DNA of 64,000 nucleotides from a virus (IMGVR_UViG_3300035670_000014:1-64000); one strand, 5' to 3'; shown: positions 19,509 through 30,312, counted from the first letter of the stretch. Notes: generated from the sequence alone by a model not told the origin. Translations and numbers: made by a program.

Positions 19509-22500
19509 TGGCAAATTATATGTTTGATGTGATTGAGCACATCAGGGAAAACCTACCCAGACTAGAAGATATATATTCTTCTCAAGCAACGGAAGATCAA
19601 GAAGCATACTCTGATGAAGAGATAATGAATCATGCCTTTTGGCTAAATGATCTCTTGTTTATATGTCCTCCTCAATCAATTAATACACAAACAGATCAGC
19701 TTATTGCGAAATATCAATCTTTAAGATCATCAGCAAGTTCAAAAGTTCCCTTTGGAAAGGGAACTAAATATTTCATGGTAGATTTAGTAATACCTGCTAA
19801 GTCTGCAATTATGAATGTAGACTACAGGCTACCTGATAATAATGCAGTTGCTACTGTATCTCATGATAGTGATTATGTCAATACAGGTAAACGGGGAGGA
19901 ATACTTGATTTAATCATTCAGTTTAAAGTTACTCCATTTGCAAGAGTAGAGAATGCCTTTATAAGATCTACCCTTGGCATACCGAAAGATAAGAATATAG
20001 CAATGTGCCTGCATCAGCTAACCCTCTACACAATAAAAGGTAGAAAGGGTGCAGTTGGATGTAAGTTACTAATGTCTGTATTTAACTACAGTCCTTATAG
20101 TCCAAATTTTGTTTATAAAGAAGATTGGGTTACTAAGAGTCAATATGGAAGATTTAATATTGAAAGTGTAAATCGAATAGATTTCGGAGATCGTAGTGTA
20201 GCAAGAAGAAGAGTTCCTTACAAGGTTTATATACAGGGGCTATCGGATGCAGTGGCAACTCTAAGATCTGAAGAAGTGGAAGCACAGCAGGCAACTTCTC
20301 CTCTAGTGCAGAGAGTTAATCCGGTAACACTTGGTAGTTTTTATGAAAGTGGAAATCCTTCTAGTTTAAGTAATGCCGAAAGATCCAGGGCATTTGAAGA
20401 GCAGTATAACATGCTCTTTACTGAGAATGAAGATGAAATGAGTAATGTTGATTCTTATTTCATGGAAAGCCCAAGAGGAGTTGCGAACCCTGCATCAAGT
20501 GCTGTATTTAAAGCTTATATTGACTGGATTCACTCACAGTGGACATCTATAAATGATATAGATGGTGAGTTTAATGGCTCTGCAATTAGTCAATATGGAA
20601 GCGAAGAGCAGGATTTAGGAGATCAAGTTATTCTTGAGTGGAAAGAATTCAAGACAGAGCCAATGCCACCTGAAGTAGAGCAGGAGGTTAGAATTTGGTA
20701 CCGCCAAAGAATGGCTGACTATCAAGCTGCTAGATCAAGCAGAGAAGAGTACACTCCGGCTACACCACAGAATAGTAATCAAAGTACAAATACAAATCAG
20801 ACTTCAACTACCAGTAATCAAAATAATAATACAAATACAAGTGAAGGGCTGTCAGTTATAACAAGTCCCAGTTATCAAGACTGGGCAAATCAAAGTGGTA
20901 ATCCACTAGAGCCATATAGAGTAATATATGATCCAGTTACACCAAGACCAGGTGGAAGATTTGCTGTGTATCGTAGGCCTAGAAATTACAATCACAAAGG
21001 CATAGATACGTATTCTCAGTCTGTTGGGGAAATAGGCTATGAGATTAGAGCAATTTATAATGGAAACTTACACTATCAGCTAAGTAGAAAAGAAGGAATA
21101 CTAACAAATGAAATAGCTAGAAAAATAATACAGTATAAAACTACCCCAGGAAATGAAACAAAGAGTAGCGGCGAACTAGACGGACTTAGCTTCTCATTAA
21201 AGGGCTTTGAAGAATACAGAGACGATGGACCTGCTGGAGTCTTTTTAAAAAGAGGGGGAGTTTTTTATCCAGTTGAAGGAATTATAGAAACAACTTCAGG
21301 GCGTCAAAATGTATACTATTTCACATACTTGAAAGAAGGAAGAGAAACTAGAGGTGGTGTAATCGCAAGCATTAGGCTAGATGATGGAACTTATGCAGGT
21401 ACAGATCTAGATGGTATAGCATGTAACTACATGCATATTGGAGTAACAGAAGAAGTAAAAAATCTAATTGATGAAACAACTGACTCTCGTGGGGGCAGCA
21501 AAAGATCAGTAGTAACTAGAATTCAGGCAGGAGATTTTGTTGCCTATGGTGGCTGTACTGGCATTTATGAAAGCTATCCTCACTTGCACTTTGAAATGGC
21601 AAAGGACGATTGGTATCCTGATCTTGACATTATTGAATATTTAGATTCAACCCCATTTGTTTTTCCTGGACAAAGATCAGATGTAACTGGAGTAGAAGCA
21701 GAACAAGATGAAGATATAAGGAATAATCCAATTTATTATTTAAATAATTTAGATTTAAATACGTGGACTAATGCTGGTTCTCCTGGGCTTATAGAATCAA
21801 GTAATTCAGGGACACTACCAGAAGAAGTAGAAACCTTAAATCAGCCTACAGGCATTGACAGGCAAGAAAGAGAAAGACAGCAAGCAAGAGATTACAATGC
21901 AGAAGCTTTAGGTTCTCTTGAACAGTATAGGGCTTTTGTAGAAAGGCAAGAAAGTCAAGGATGGAAATTATATACTGAGAATACACTAGCTTATAACATT
22001 TTTTACAGAGTAAAAAGAATTAGTATTCCTGCATCAGATCAAGAAAACTACCCTCTTGGTGTACCGATAGTCTGTGACTTCATCTCAGGTGGGGCAAGTA
22101 ATATTATTGCAAGCATCCCTATGATGGGACAGACTTATCCGACTGCACAGTTTCTTGGTAGAAGGGATGATGAGTTCATGCTTTCATTTAGAGCAATTGG
22201 CCTCAATAATGTTAAGCTTCTTTCTAGAATGAGAGATGAGCTTAAGAGTCAAGCTCATTCGTATAAGTGGATTCCTGATGCATGGATGCTGAAAGTAGAA
22301 AACAAATTTATCAATGCTTTCGGGCATCGGTACTTTGTTGTAAATAACATGAGTGAAGTAACTTCACCAGGTCAACCTAATACCTATAACATTGAAATAG
22401 GAATAACATCTCACCCAGCCAATACCGACCAGGGTCAGATAACCTCAATGCAGGCAGTTAATAAAGAAGAAATAAAACTAACATTCTGGGAAGAGCTACT

Positions 22501-25500
22501 GCATGGTTATAAAGATGGAGAAGATGAAGGTAGAATTTTAATAGAGAAGCAAACAACTTGGGCTCTTGTTTCTATGCCTGGCATAGTTGCAGGTACAACA
22601 GTTAAACCTTTTATAAGTGAAAACCAAGATAGCTTTGTAAGCGAAGATCGGACTGCTCCATATACAGGAATAGTTCCCTGTTTTGTTGCAAATCCTAGGC
22701 TGCTAAGTATTAGTCAAAATAACATACAAGCTACGTCTACAGCTACTAGTGTGGCTGACTCCACTCAGGATCCAAATCAAGAATTTTTCAACTGGCTTAA
22801 TGTCAGGGTTGCATCTACTCTAAATTTAGTAAGGCTCCTAGAAGAAAGCGTTACTCTTTATGATCCAAGTACTGGAGAAAGAGTAGATGTATCACTTAGT
22901 CGTAGGTATAAGAATCTATATGATAGAATTTTTTACTTGTGGAGAGCTAAGGCAAAAAAGATTCCATTAGGAAGTGGAAATATAGTAGCAGAAACAACCT
23001 TAATGGCAGAAATGTCAAATAGGAAAATTGTCAATTCTTTTGCACAGGAAAATGTAATCAGGGAAGCATACTCTGGATATGGGCTACAGAATTGGTTTAT
23101 AGAGGAGAATGGTTTAACCAGATGGAATAGCAATGAGAAGATTTGGACTTTTGGTGACAATGTTGCAAGGCTAGAAGACTTTGTTGGTTTAGACGCAAGT
23201 CTTAATGTAACCTCATATGAAGGAGGGGTTAATTTAGCATTAACAGAAGCATATAATTATTCACTTAGAGAGCATACAGATTGGAATCTTAATGGCGAGT
23301 ATAGGCCTAATACTGCAGTTCCAATGATGGAGGCATACCTTGATGTCAACCCAGTTGTCAAAGCATTATTGTTAAGTAACTATCTATCTAAACCTGAGAT
23401 TTATTTATTTGATGAGCTTGATAGAAGTAACTCAAACTATAGAGGAAGCATTATTGATTATTTTTGCTCCCTCTTTAAAAGAGAATTAAGAGCTGGTTTT
23501 GACTATCCGGCTTTTTCTTTTAGCCGTCCCTTAATATATGGAAATGTAATTACATTCAGAACCATAAAGCCAAGTCTTCTTTACGACTATGAATATGTAG
23601 CAAAACCTTTCCCAATGGGAAGAGATAAATCTCCAGTAGAAATAACAGAGCCTATTTTTGTTCCAAGTTCAGCAACTACAGCTCCAGTTAGAACAGTACC
23701 ATTTGAACCATCATTCTCATCAGAAGTATTACTAAAAGTAGGGAGAAGAGATCTAGCAGAAAGAATTCTAAATTCGCCTCTTGTTGCTGGAAGTAATATA
23801 AACTTTAATAATTTGAGTATATATATCTGGGATCAGCTATCTATTCCCTACCTCAATAATGCTTTCAGTATGGAAGACATTATAAAGTATAGTCAATATA
23901 CCTGGCCGGATGGCAAAGCTATATTCCCTAGAACTCAAGAATTATTAAAGAGAGAAAGAATAGGAGTTGAGGGAGTAGCTTATCCAGACATGATGCTTCC
24001 CTTGCATCCATTCTGGACAAGTCAAAATAGCTTACTTCCAGTAAGTAGTATTTATACTGAGCCAGATTTTTATCTAATTAATTATGGTGTTGATACAAAT
24101 ACAGAATCAACACACTTAGAGCCAATATCAGATCCATCTAATCCAAAGACATCTGAGAATGCTACAAATTTATTTATTCAGACACAAGCTGAACTTGCAT
24201 CTCAATCTCTTGATATGATGGAGGGAAAAGCAAGAGATGAAAGGGGAGCTTTAATAGGCGGGTTGACACACACAACAGTAGAAGGTATAGAAGTTCAGAA
24301 ATCTAAACCTTTTATTGAAATGGTAAATCCTATTAATTCTAATGCGCTTGGATTGTTTAAGGGAGATCCAGTATATCTAAGATCTGATCACTCAATTGGC
24401 TCTTATTATTCTTCTGGGAATGTAGACCCAAATACAGGAAGGCGCACAAAAGATTATAGTGAGGCAATGAGGCAAGAGGCTCTTGGGAGTGGAGCAGTAA
24501 ATATTAGAAAAACAAGATCAGCCGATGCATCTAGTGATACATTGATAGGTCAGAAAATTACACAATCAACAATAGACTCAAGATTTGAAGCAGAAGGTTT
24601 GAGTTACTTTCAGGGAGTTTCAAGAAGCCAAGCCTTTGAATACACAGCTAGTCCTCAAGGAAGTGATGTTCAACTTAATGCAGGTATGAATACCCTGTTG
24701 AATGAAGGTGGCGGTAATTCTAATCTTGTATTATGGAGAAGTGTAGTTCCAATGTTTGCTCCAAATACTGCTTTCCCGGAGACTCCGCTATCTTTTGGAG
24801 GAAGAAGTTTTGTTGGAATGGGCTTTGATGGCTACTCAAGGTACTCTCCTGCAAGTATGATTGACAGAATTAATAATGAGGCTGATGCTGTTTATGAGTT
24901 CAATACAGAAAGTTCCACTTCTGATCCTAGTGCTTTTGTGAATGGAAACTGGGGATACAGTGATATTCATCAGTTTACAACAAGTAGACTTTCTACTTAT
25001 GAAAAGATAAGAGATGGCCTCAAGGGATTAAATATAAAGAAGTGGGCGTTTAGAAGAGCATTTCCTACTTTTAAAGTTTACATTATTGAAGAAGATGAGA
25101 TTGAAAGAGAGTGGATTCAGTATGACGACTTCTATCAGTACAACCAGATTCAAGAAATACAAATCTCTGAATCAAGAAAAAGACCTGCTCCTGTATGCAT
25201 AATTAATTTCATTAATGTAGGCGGTGCGCTGGATGGAAATAACCAATGGCACTATTGGGCTAGAAATAATCCTAATCAAGAATATGATGCTCAAAATCCA
25301 AATGTAGCGAGATCGTATTCTAGAAGAGAACAACGCATGACCTCAGACACAAGTAATCAGTTACTTGCAGGTACAGCAGAAGAGCAGAATATAACTAGAT
25401 TTGTTTTAAATCCAGGAGTAAAGATAAAAGTAAAGCTAGGTTATTCAAATAACCCAACAAAAATGGAAGATGTATTCCTTGGCTCAATAGCAGAAATAGT

Positions 25501-27904
25501 ACCTGATGCAGATGCTGGGTCTGTAGTCATAATAGCTCAAGGATATGGAGCAGAGTTAGTAGAAAAGCCAAAAGGAGCAAGTAAAGAAGAGATAGCAAAT
25601 ACCTACTTTACAACTTTTGATGTATTGGCATCACTGATGTTTTCTAGTGAAGTTAAACACTTTGGCAAGAGAAAAATTGACTCAGTGTCAATGATAGGTA
25701 CTGATCAATCACTAGCTCAAAATGAACTTATATATAGAAATACAGTATCTCAAACTACTTCATCATTTGCAGGTAGGTTATTTGGAGGATTCTGGAGAGC
25801 AGGTATAGCTGCAGCTACACTTGGTACAAGTGAAGCAATCATAGCTGCCGTTGGTCTTGCTAATGACTTAGCCTATGAAATAGACAGGCAACTAAGACAG
25901 GTTAGAGTTGGACCAGAAGAAGGACCTCAAGATGATAACATTTATGCTCCTAATTACTCAAGAGCAGAATTAAATTATCACTGGTGGAATCCTGAAAATC
26001 TAGTAAATGGTAGATGGAGGCAAAGTGAGCAACCAACGAGTGTTGGACTAGAAACAGTATCTTCAGTTCTAGATCCAGAAGATGGAGGAGCCGAAGCTCA
26101 GTCTAGTCGCCCTAGTCCCCCTGGTAATATACAAGAAAGAGAATTTGATATTCCTGCTGGAGCCGGGACTAGAATAGCAGATCCAAATTTTCAATACTAT
26201 GAACAGATTAGCCCTGCAGAAATAGAATATAATATTTTCTATTCTTCTATCTGGGATGTATTCCAAGAGATGACATTAAGGCATCCAGGATTTGTAAAAC
26301 ATCCTAGGATTTACAAGAATAGTAATAGAATGACAATGTTTTTTGGATTACCTGATCAAAAATATTGGGCATCTGAACCTAGTATTGGAGAAATAACACA
26401 AGCTAATGCTACATTCTCAAGAATGAGAGATGGGATAGTAATGGTTCAAGTATCAGGTCCTACTGTAAATAGAAGCTCACAAGGTATTACTGAGGAAAAT
26501 CCAGGACAACTTACGACGGTAACTAATCTATTTCAGAATAGAACAACCAGATCTACTGGAGGCGGAGATGCTCCAGGAGAGTTAGCTGTTGACCTAGACT
26601 TGCTAACTAGCTGGATGTCTATGGTTCAGAGAAGGCTGAAGCCGTTTAGAAACTGGTATTCTGTTGATTCAGTAACTGATATAGTTGAGAACCGTATAGA
26701 AGCAAATAAACTTGGATTCTATACTTCTGTTTCGCTTCAATACTTGTCAGGTGCAAGTGCAAGTAAATTAAAAGGAGCACTAAGGAGATTAGAAAGAGGA
26801 GGTGGAGCTGACTCAGAACTTATAACTCCCTCTAACTTTATTGCCTGGTCTGACAGAGAAGTTGAACATACACAAGCTCATAGAGATATGAGCCCAGATG
26901 AAATAAGGCAGAAGTTTCATCAGTTTGCAAACTGCAGGTCAAGATCAATGGCAAGAAGATACTCTAGAGCTCTCCTTGCTTCTTATGCAAAAGAAATGTA
27001 TAAGGGAACTATTTCCATGATTGGAAATAGCAAAGTAAAACCTTATGATGTTTTGCTAATTAATGACACTCACCATAACGTTCAAGGGCCCATAGAAGTT
27101 GAAGAAGTAATACATAACTTTAATCCTATGACAGGATTTATTACAGAGGTAATACCTGATACGTTCATTATCCAAGAGGATAGGACTGCATTTGTAGTAT
27201 GGAATAGTCTTAGAGCACATGCAGGCCTTAAGACATCCAGACATATGGAAGGAATACTTTTCCAGCGAGACAATACACTTCCTGATAATAATGCTTTCAA
27301 TTTAGTTGCTGATAGGTATAGAAGAATAATAGAATCAGAAAGAGAAATTAATAGGAGATTTGACGAGCTAGTATCAGATTTAAGAAATGGTCTTTATTTA
27401 AGTGAAAGAACAGGAGGGTTGGTATTGGGTAGTATAGGTGCTGGTGTAGTTGGGGCGTCTATAACTGCGCCGGGAGTTGGAGCTGGAGCTTTAACTGCCG
27501 TTGCAGCCATTGGAACAATAGCACTAGGAGTAGGCATTTACTTCGGCTTAATATCTAATTTTGTAACTTCTATATATGTAAATTATGTACATAATAATAG
27601 AGCTTATTTTATGATTCCTTTAATGAGAAATAATACAGCTTGGACAGTAGGTTATAACATCACAGGCACTAATAGCTTTGCTATGGGTATACTTGATCTA
27701 ATAAGAAGATGGTGGCAAGATGGAGGTGAGGGTGTTACTCTTTCAAATGTTGATGCAGCAATGACTGAGCAGAGAATAGCACTTACCCTTTCATCTGAAT
27801 TAAATACTTTCTCTAGACTTAGTATCAGGTGGGATCAGTTTACTAGGTCTTTCAGGACCGGGCTGACACTTGGTGGTTCTGTAAATGTTCGCTCAGGGTT
27901 ATAA
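19508..27904 (+). CDS. Giant baseplate hub (gp27/VgrG-like) protein with M23 peptidase domain
   Basis: HKGID...YMH...PHLHFE M23 motifs; PGVKIKVKLGYS...VFLGSI and GTISMIGNSKVKPYD...VEEVIHNF hub motifs. Confidence 0.75.
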   Translation: MANYMFDVIEHIRENLPRLEDIYSSQATEDQEAYSDEEIMNHAFWLNDLLFICPPQSINTQTDQLIAKYQSLRSSASSKVPFGKGTKYFMVDLVIPAKSAIMNVDYRLPDNNAVATVSHDSDYVNTGKRGGILDLIIQFKVTPFARVENAFIRSTLGIPKDKNIAMCLHQLTLYTIKGRKGAVGCKLLMSVFNYSPYSPNFVYKEDWVTKSQYGRFNIESVNRIDFGDRSVARRRVPYKVYIQGLSDAVATLRSEEVEAQQATSPLVQRVNPVTLGSFYESGNPSSLSNAERSRAFEEQYNMLFTENEDEMSNVDSYFMESPRGVANPASSAVFKAYIDWIHSQWTSINDIDGEFNGSAISQYGSEEQDLGDQVILEWKEFKTEPMPPEVEQEVRIWYRQRMADYQAARSSREEYTPATPQNSNQSTNTNQTSTTSNQNNNTNTSEGLSVITSPSYQDWANQSGNPLEPYRVIYDPVTPRPGGRFAVYRRPRNYNHKGIDTYSQSVGEIGYEIRAIYNGNLHYQLSRKEGILTNEIARKIIQYKTTPGNETKSSGELDGLSFSLKGFEEYRDDGPAGVFLKRGGVFYPVEGIIETTSGRQNVYYFTYLKEGRETRGGVIASIRLDDGTYAGTDLDGIACNYMHIGVTEEVKNLIDETTDSRGGSKRSVVTRIQAGDFVAYGGCTGIYESYPHLHFEMAKDDWYPDLDIIEYLDSTPFVFPGQRSDVTGVEAEQDEDIRNNPIYYLNNLDLNTWTNAGSPGLIESSNSGTLPEEVETLNQPTGIDRQERERQQARDYNAEALGSLEQYRAFVERQESQGWKLYTENTLAYNIFYRVKRISIPASDQENYPLGVPIVCDFISGGASNIIASIPMMGQTYPTAQFLGRRDDEFMLSFRAIGLNNVKLLSRMRDELKSQAHSYKWIPDAWMLKVENKFINAFGHRYFVVNNMSEVTSPGQPNTYNIEIGITSHPANTDQGQITSMQAVNKEEIKLTFWEELLHGYKDGEDEGRILIEKQTTWALVSMPGIVAGTTVKPFISENQDSFVSEDRTAPYTGIVPCFVANPRLLSISQNNIQATSTATSVADSTQDPNQEFFNWLNVRVASTLNLVRLLEESVTLYDPSTGERVDVSLSRRYKNLYDRIFYLWRAKAKKIPLGSGNIVAETTLMAEMSNRKIVNSFAQENVIREAYSGYGLQNWFIEENGLTRWNSNEKIWTFGDNVARLEDFVGLDASLNVTSYEGGVNLALTEAYNYSLREHTDWNLNGEYRPNTAVPMMEAYLDVNPVVKALLLSNYLSKPEIYLFDELDRSNSNYRGSIIDYFCSLFKRELRAGFDYPAFSFSRPLIYGNVITFRTIKPSLLYDYEYVAKPFPMGRDKSPVEITEPIFVPSSATTAPVRTVPFEPSFSSEVLLKVGRRDLAERILNSPLVAGSNINFNNLSIYIWDQLSIPYLNNAFSMEDIIKYSQYTWPDGKAIFPRTQELLKRERIGVEGVAYPDMMLPLHPFWTSQNSLLPVSSIYTEPDFYLINYGVDTNTESTHLEPISDPSNPKTSENATNLFIQTQAELASQSLDMMEGKARDERGALIGGLTHTTVEGIEVQKSKPFIEMVNPINSNALGLFKGDPVYLRSDHSIGSYYSSGNVDPNTGRRTKDYSEAMRQEALGSGAVNIRKTRSADASSDTLIGQKITQSTIDSRFEAEGLSYFQGVSRSQAFEYTASPQGSDVQLNAGMNTLLNEGGGNSNLVLWRSVVPMFAPNTAFPETPLSFGGRSFVGMGFDGYSRYSPASMIDRINNEADAVYEFNTESSTSDPSAFVNGNWGYSDIHQFTTSRLSTYEKIRDGLKGLNIKKWAFRRAFPTFKVYIIEEDEIEREWIQYDDFYQYNQIQEIQISESRKRPAPVCIINFINVGGALDGNNQWHYWARNNPNQEYDAQNPNVARSYSRREQRMTSDTSNQLLAGTAEEQNITRFVLNPGVKIKVKLGYSNNPTKMEDVFLGSIAEIVPDADAGSVVIIAQGYGAELVEKPKGASKEEIANTYFTTFDVLASLMFSSEVKHFGKRKIDSVSMIGTDQSLAQNELIYRNTVSQTTSSFAGRLFGGFWRAGIAAATLGTSEAIIAAVGLANDLAYEIDRQLRQVRVGPEEGPQDDNIYAPNYSRAELNYHWWNPENLVNGRWRQSEQPTSVGLETVSSVLDPEDGGAEAQSSRPSPPGNIQEREFDIPAGAGTRIADPNFQYYEQISPAEIEYNIFYSSIWDVFQEMTLRHPGFVKHPRIYKNSNRMTMFFGLPDQKYWASEPSIGEITQANATFSRMRDGIVMVQVSGPTVNRSSQGITEENPGQLTTVTNLFQNRTTRSTGGGDAPGELAVDLDLLTSWMSMVQRRLKPFRNWYSVDSVTDIVENRIEANKLGFYTSVSLQYLSGASASKLKGALRRLERGGGADSELITPSNFIAWSDREVEHTQAHRDMSPDEIRQKFHQFANCRSRSMARRYSRALLASYAKEMYKGTISMIGNSKVKPYDVLLINDTHHNVQGPIEVEEVIHNFNPMTGFITEVIPDTFIIQEDRTAFVVWNSLRAHAGLKTSRHMEGILFQRDNTLPDNNAFNLVADRYRRIIESEREINRRFDELVSDLRNGLYLSERTGGLVLGSIGAGVVGASITAPGVGAGALTAVAAIGTIALGVGIYFGLISNFVTSIYVNYVHNNRAYFMIPLMRNNTAWTVGYNITGTNSFAMGILDLIRRWWQDGGEGVTLSNVDAAMTEQRIALTLSSELNTFSRLSIRWDQFTRSFRTGLTLGGSVNVRSGL

Positions 27905-27907
27905 GGT

Positions 27908-28366
27908 ATGGCAACAGCAGGAAGATCTTTTAAAACAAATTTTGGTCAAGAAGTAGCATCGAATTCACTTATCAGTGAAATAAGCTCACCTGGAAATTTG
28001 CAACAAAAGCAAACTAGAGGTAGGATTACTGATATAAGAATGCCAGGTGAAGCTCAGCCTAAAGAGGGAGCTGGTGTATTGGTTCAAATAGCCTTTGATG
28101 ACTCTACATATCAAAGTGATAATTGGTTTCCACTTATGGGAGACTATAGCCAAATATCATCATCTCTAGGAAACAGGCAAGCAGTAATCAAAGCAAGGCC
28201 TAGGGTTATGATTACATTCCCTATTACAAGAATTACAGATGGCTACGCTACTTTAATTTGTGATAATACTGAAGAAGATAAATATCAAAACCACTTAAAA
28301 AATAGAAGCAATAATTTTATTAGCGTAATAAGCGGTTTAGCATTCAATACAAAATGTCCAGGATAG
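27908..28366 (+). CDS. Probable spike N-terminal OB-fold protein
   Basis: Follows hub; RGRITDI...VQIAF...WFPL...RVMITF pattern like gp5/gpV OB fold. Confidence 0.45.
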   Translation: MATAGRSFKTNFGQEVASNSLISEISSPGNLQQKQTRGRITDIRMPGEAQPKEGAGVLVQIAFDDSTYQSDNWFPLMGDYSQISSSLGNRQAVIKARPRVMITFPITRITDGYATLICDNTEEDKYQNHLKNRSNNFISVISGLAFNTKCPG

Positions 28367-28370
28367 TAAG

Positions 28371-28688
28371 ATGACAGCACCAGCAAAAGTAATAAAGACA
28401 ATACAAGGAGAGGCTTTTATAGAAGTAGGAGATTCCTATGTTAGGATTGGAGTAGGAAATCAAACTTTTCTTGTAATGGACCAGGATACTTTAACTGTTG
28501 GTGGTAAGAATTTTAACTATCAAATGGAACCTGGCAAAGTAACTTATCAAGGTTTCCTTGCTCAGCAAGGATCTATTCCAGGTCTTTTTCCAGCAATGCC
28601 TAACTATAAACTCAATACTCAAGTATTGAAATCACTTATTACTGCAATGTCAAATATGCAATCAATATCTTCAGCAGTAGGAATATAA
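28371..28688 (+). CDS. Probable spike beta-helix / tip protein
   Basis: Short alternating beta strands (AFIEVGDSYVRIGVGNQTFLVMDQDTLTVG); between OB-like gene and gp25-like gene. Confidence 0.4.
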   Translation: MTAPAKVIKTIQGEAFIEVGDSYVRIGVGNQTFLVMDQDTLTVGGKNFNYQMEPGKVTYQGFLAQQGSIPGLFPAMPNYKLNTQVLKSLITAMSNMQSISSAVGI

Positions 28689-29131
28689 TGATTGACCTAA
28701 AGGTCACAAGGGAATATGATCTAGTAATAGATCCTATAAACTCTACAGAGTATGCTATTAGCAGGACGATGCCTAATACTGCAGAATATGTAAGTCAAGC
28801 TTTAGATCTCTGTATTAGGTCCATGCCAGGAGAGTGGAAGTTAAATAGGTTCTTTGGTGCAAGTCCTGTTGCAATGTTAGGATCTCCCATGAGAGATTCA
28901 CTATTTGGCTATTTAGAATCTTATGTTTCAGAAGCGCTTAAAAACTCAAGAGTAATACCAGTTAGTGCAACTGTAAGTGTAAAGTCTGCTCCAATAGACT
29001 TCGATAAGATTGTAATGAGAATTACCTTTTATGAAGGTAGTTCAAATAGGCCCGCTATGATTTTTGATTATATGTACTCTACTGAGCAAAATGCAATCTA
29101 TCCACTTGAAATTGGATATGGAGAAAGATAA
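28688..29131 (+). CDS. Baseplate wedge / sheath initiator (gp25-like)
   Basis: 147 aa; MIDLK...DL, QALDLCIRSMPGEWKLNRFFG; precedes baseplate J. Confidence 0.8.
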   Translation: MIDLKVTREYDLVIDPINSTEYAISRTMPNTAEYVSQALDLCIRSMPGEWKLNRFFGASPVAMLGSPMRDSLFGYLESYVSEALKNSRVIPVSATVSVKSAPIDFDKIVMRITFYEGSSNRPAMIFDYMYSTEQNAIYPLEIGYGER

Positions 29132-30312
29132 TGGCAAGTACGTATCAGCAAGTAAAAAATACATTAATTGAAAATGTAGCTAAAAGAGGAGTGGGAAATT
29201 ACATGGGAGAAGGCTCTGTCTTGGCAGAGTACTTATCATCGTTTTCACTAGAAGTTTCCTCTATTACTCAAAGCATCCTTAACGCCAATTCAAATCTTAA
29301 TATATCAACAGCCAGAGGGTTAGCACTTGACAGAATAGGCCAAGACTTACAGGAGCCTAGGCTTGGGGCAACCCAAGCTCAGTTTAGAGCTAGTGATAGA
29401 GTAGTTAGAATAGAAACATTTAATGGTAATTCATTTGCTCAAAATGGTATAGAATCATTTTCTCCAGGATTGAGATTATTCTCAACTGGAGGAATAGAGT
29501 TTGTGGTTACTGATATATCTCCTTTTGATAGTGCAGCAAACTCAGTATTTGTAGGAGCCAGGGCAGTTAAGTTTGGTTCTTCTGGAAATCTTGTTAAGAA
29601 TTCTTTAGAGAGACATTCCTCTATTGCTTATAGAGATGTTTTAAGAGTTAATCAAATTCATTCTATCTATAATGGAATAAATCAAGAAACAGATGACTCC
29701 TATATTTCAAGGCTTGAAAATTCTTTTCTTGCAAGAAGAATAGGATCTTCAATGGCGGTAGAAGCAGCAATAAAAAGAATACCTGGAATACAAAAGCTTT
29801 CAATAATAAACCAGTCTAGTGGACTGGGTACTATCTTAGCAGTAGTTCAGCCTGCAGTTGGATACTATGTATACCCAAGCTCTATAAATGAAATATATAG
29901 AAACTTAAGTAATTTAATGGAATTAGGCTCAAGGGTTCAAATACAAAATCCAAAACTATATCAAGCAACAATAAAAACAATAATAAAAACAGATGTAGCC
30001 TTGAATGCAACTCAAAAAATACAGCTGAAGATAAAGATTGAGAAAGCTTTACTTGCCTTAATGAACCAAATGCAAATCGGCCAATCATTGAGTCTATATG
30101 CTATTGCTAGTGCTATTAAATCAGAAGACTCCAGAATAACAAGCTTCGGAAATGGCGGGGAATATATTGACTCGGTAGTTATAACATATAGAGATGGGGA
30201 CTATGAATTTAGCGAAACATACTCTGGAGCTATTAATCCAGTAGTAACTATTCCCTCTGATTCGCTGCTGATTCCAAGTGAAACAACTCCTTTTGAGATA
30301 CAGATTGTATGA
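29131..30312 (+). CDS. Baseplate J-like (gp6) wedge protein
   Basis: TARGLALDRIG, ARAVKFGSSGN, GINQETDDSYISRL motifs. Confidence 0.88.
   Translation: MASTYQQVKNTLIENVAKRGVGNYMGEGSVLAEYLSSFSLEVSSITQSILNANSNLNISTARGLALDRIGQDLQEPRLGATQAQFRASDRVVRIETFNGNSFAQNGIESFSPGLRLFSTGGIEFVVTDISPFDSAANSVFVGARAVKFGSSGNLVKNSLERHSSIAYRDVLRVNQIHSIYNGINQETDDSYISRLENSFLARRIGSSMAVEAAIKRIPGIQKLSIINQSSGLGTILAVVQPAVGYYVYPSSINEIYRNLSNLMELGSRVQIQNPKLYQATIKTIIKTDVALNATQKIQLKIKIEKALLALMNQMQIGQSLSLYAIASAIKSEDSRITSFGNGGEYIDSVVITYRDGDYEFSETYSGAINPVVTIPSDSLLIPSETTPFEIQIV

Noticed and set aside
8608-27904. Inteins or introns explaining the giant ORFs
   Set aside because: No intein terminal or LAGLIDADG motifs noticed and the frames are uninterrupted
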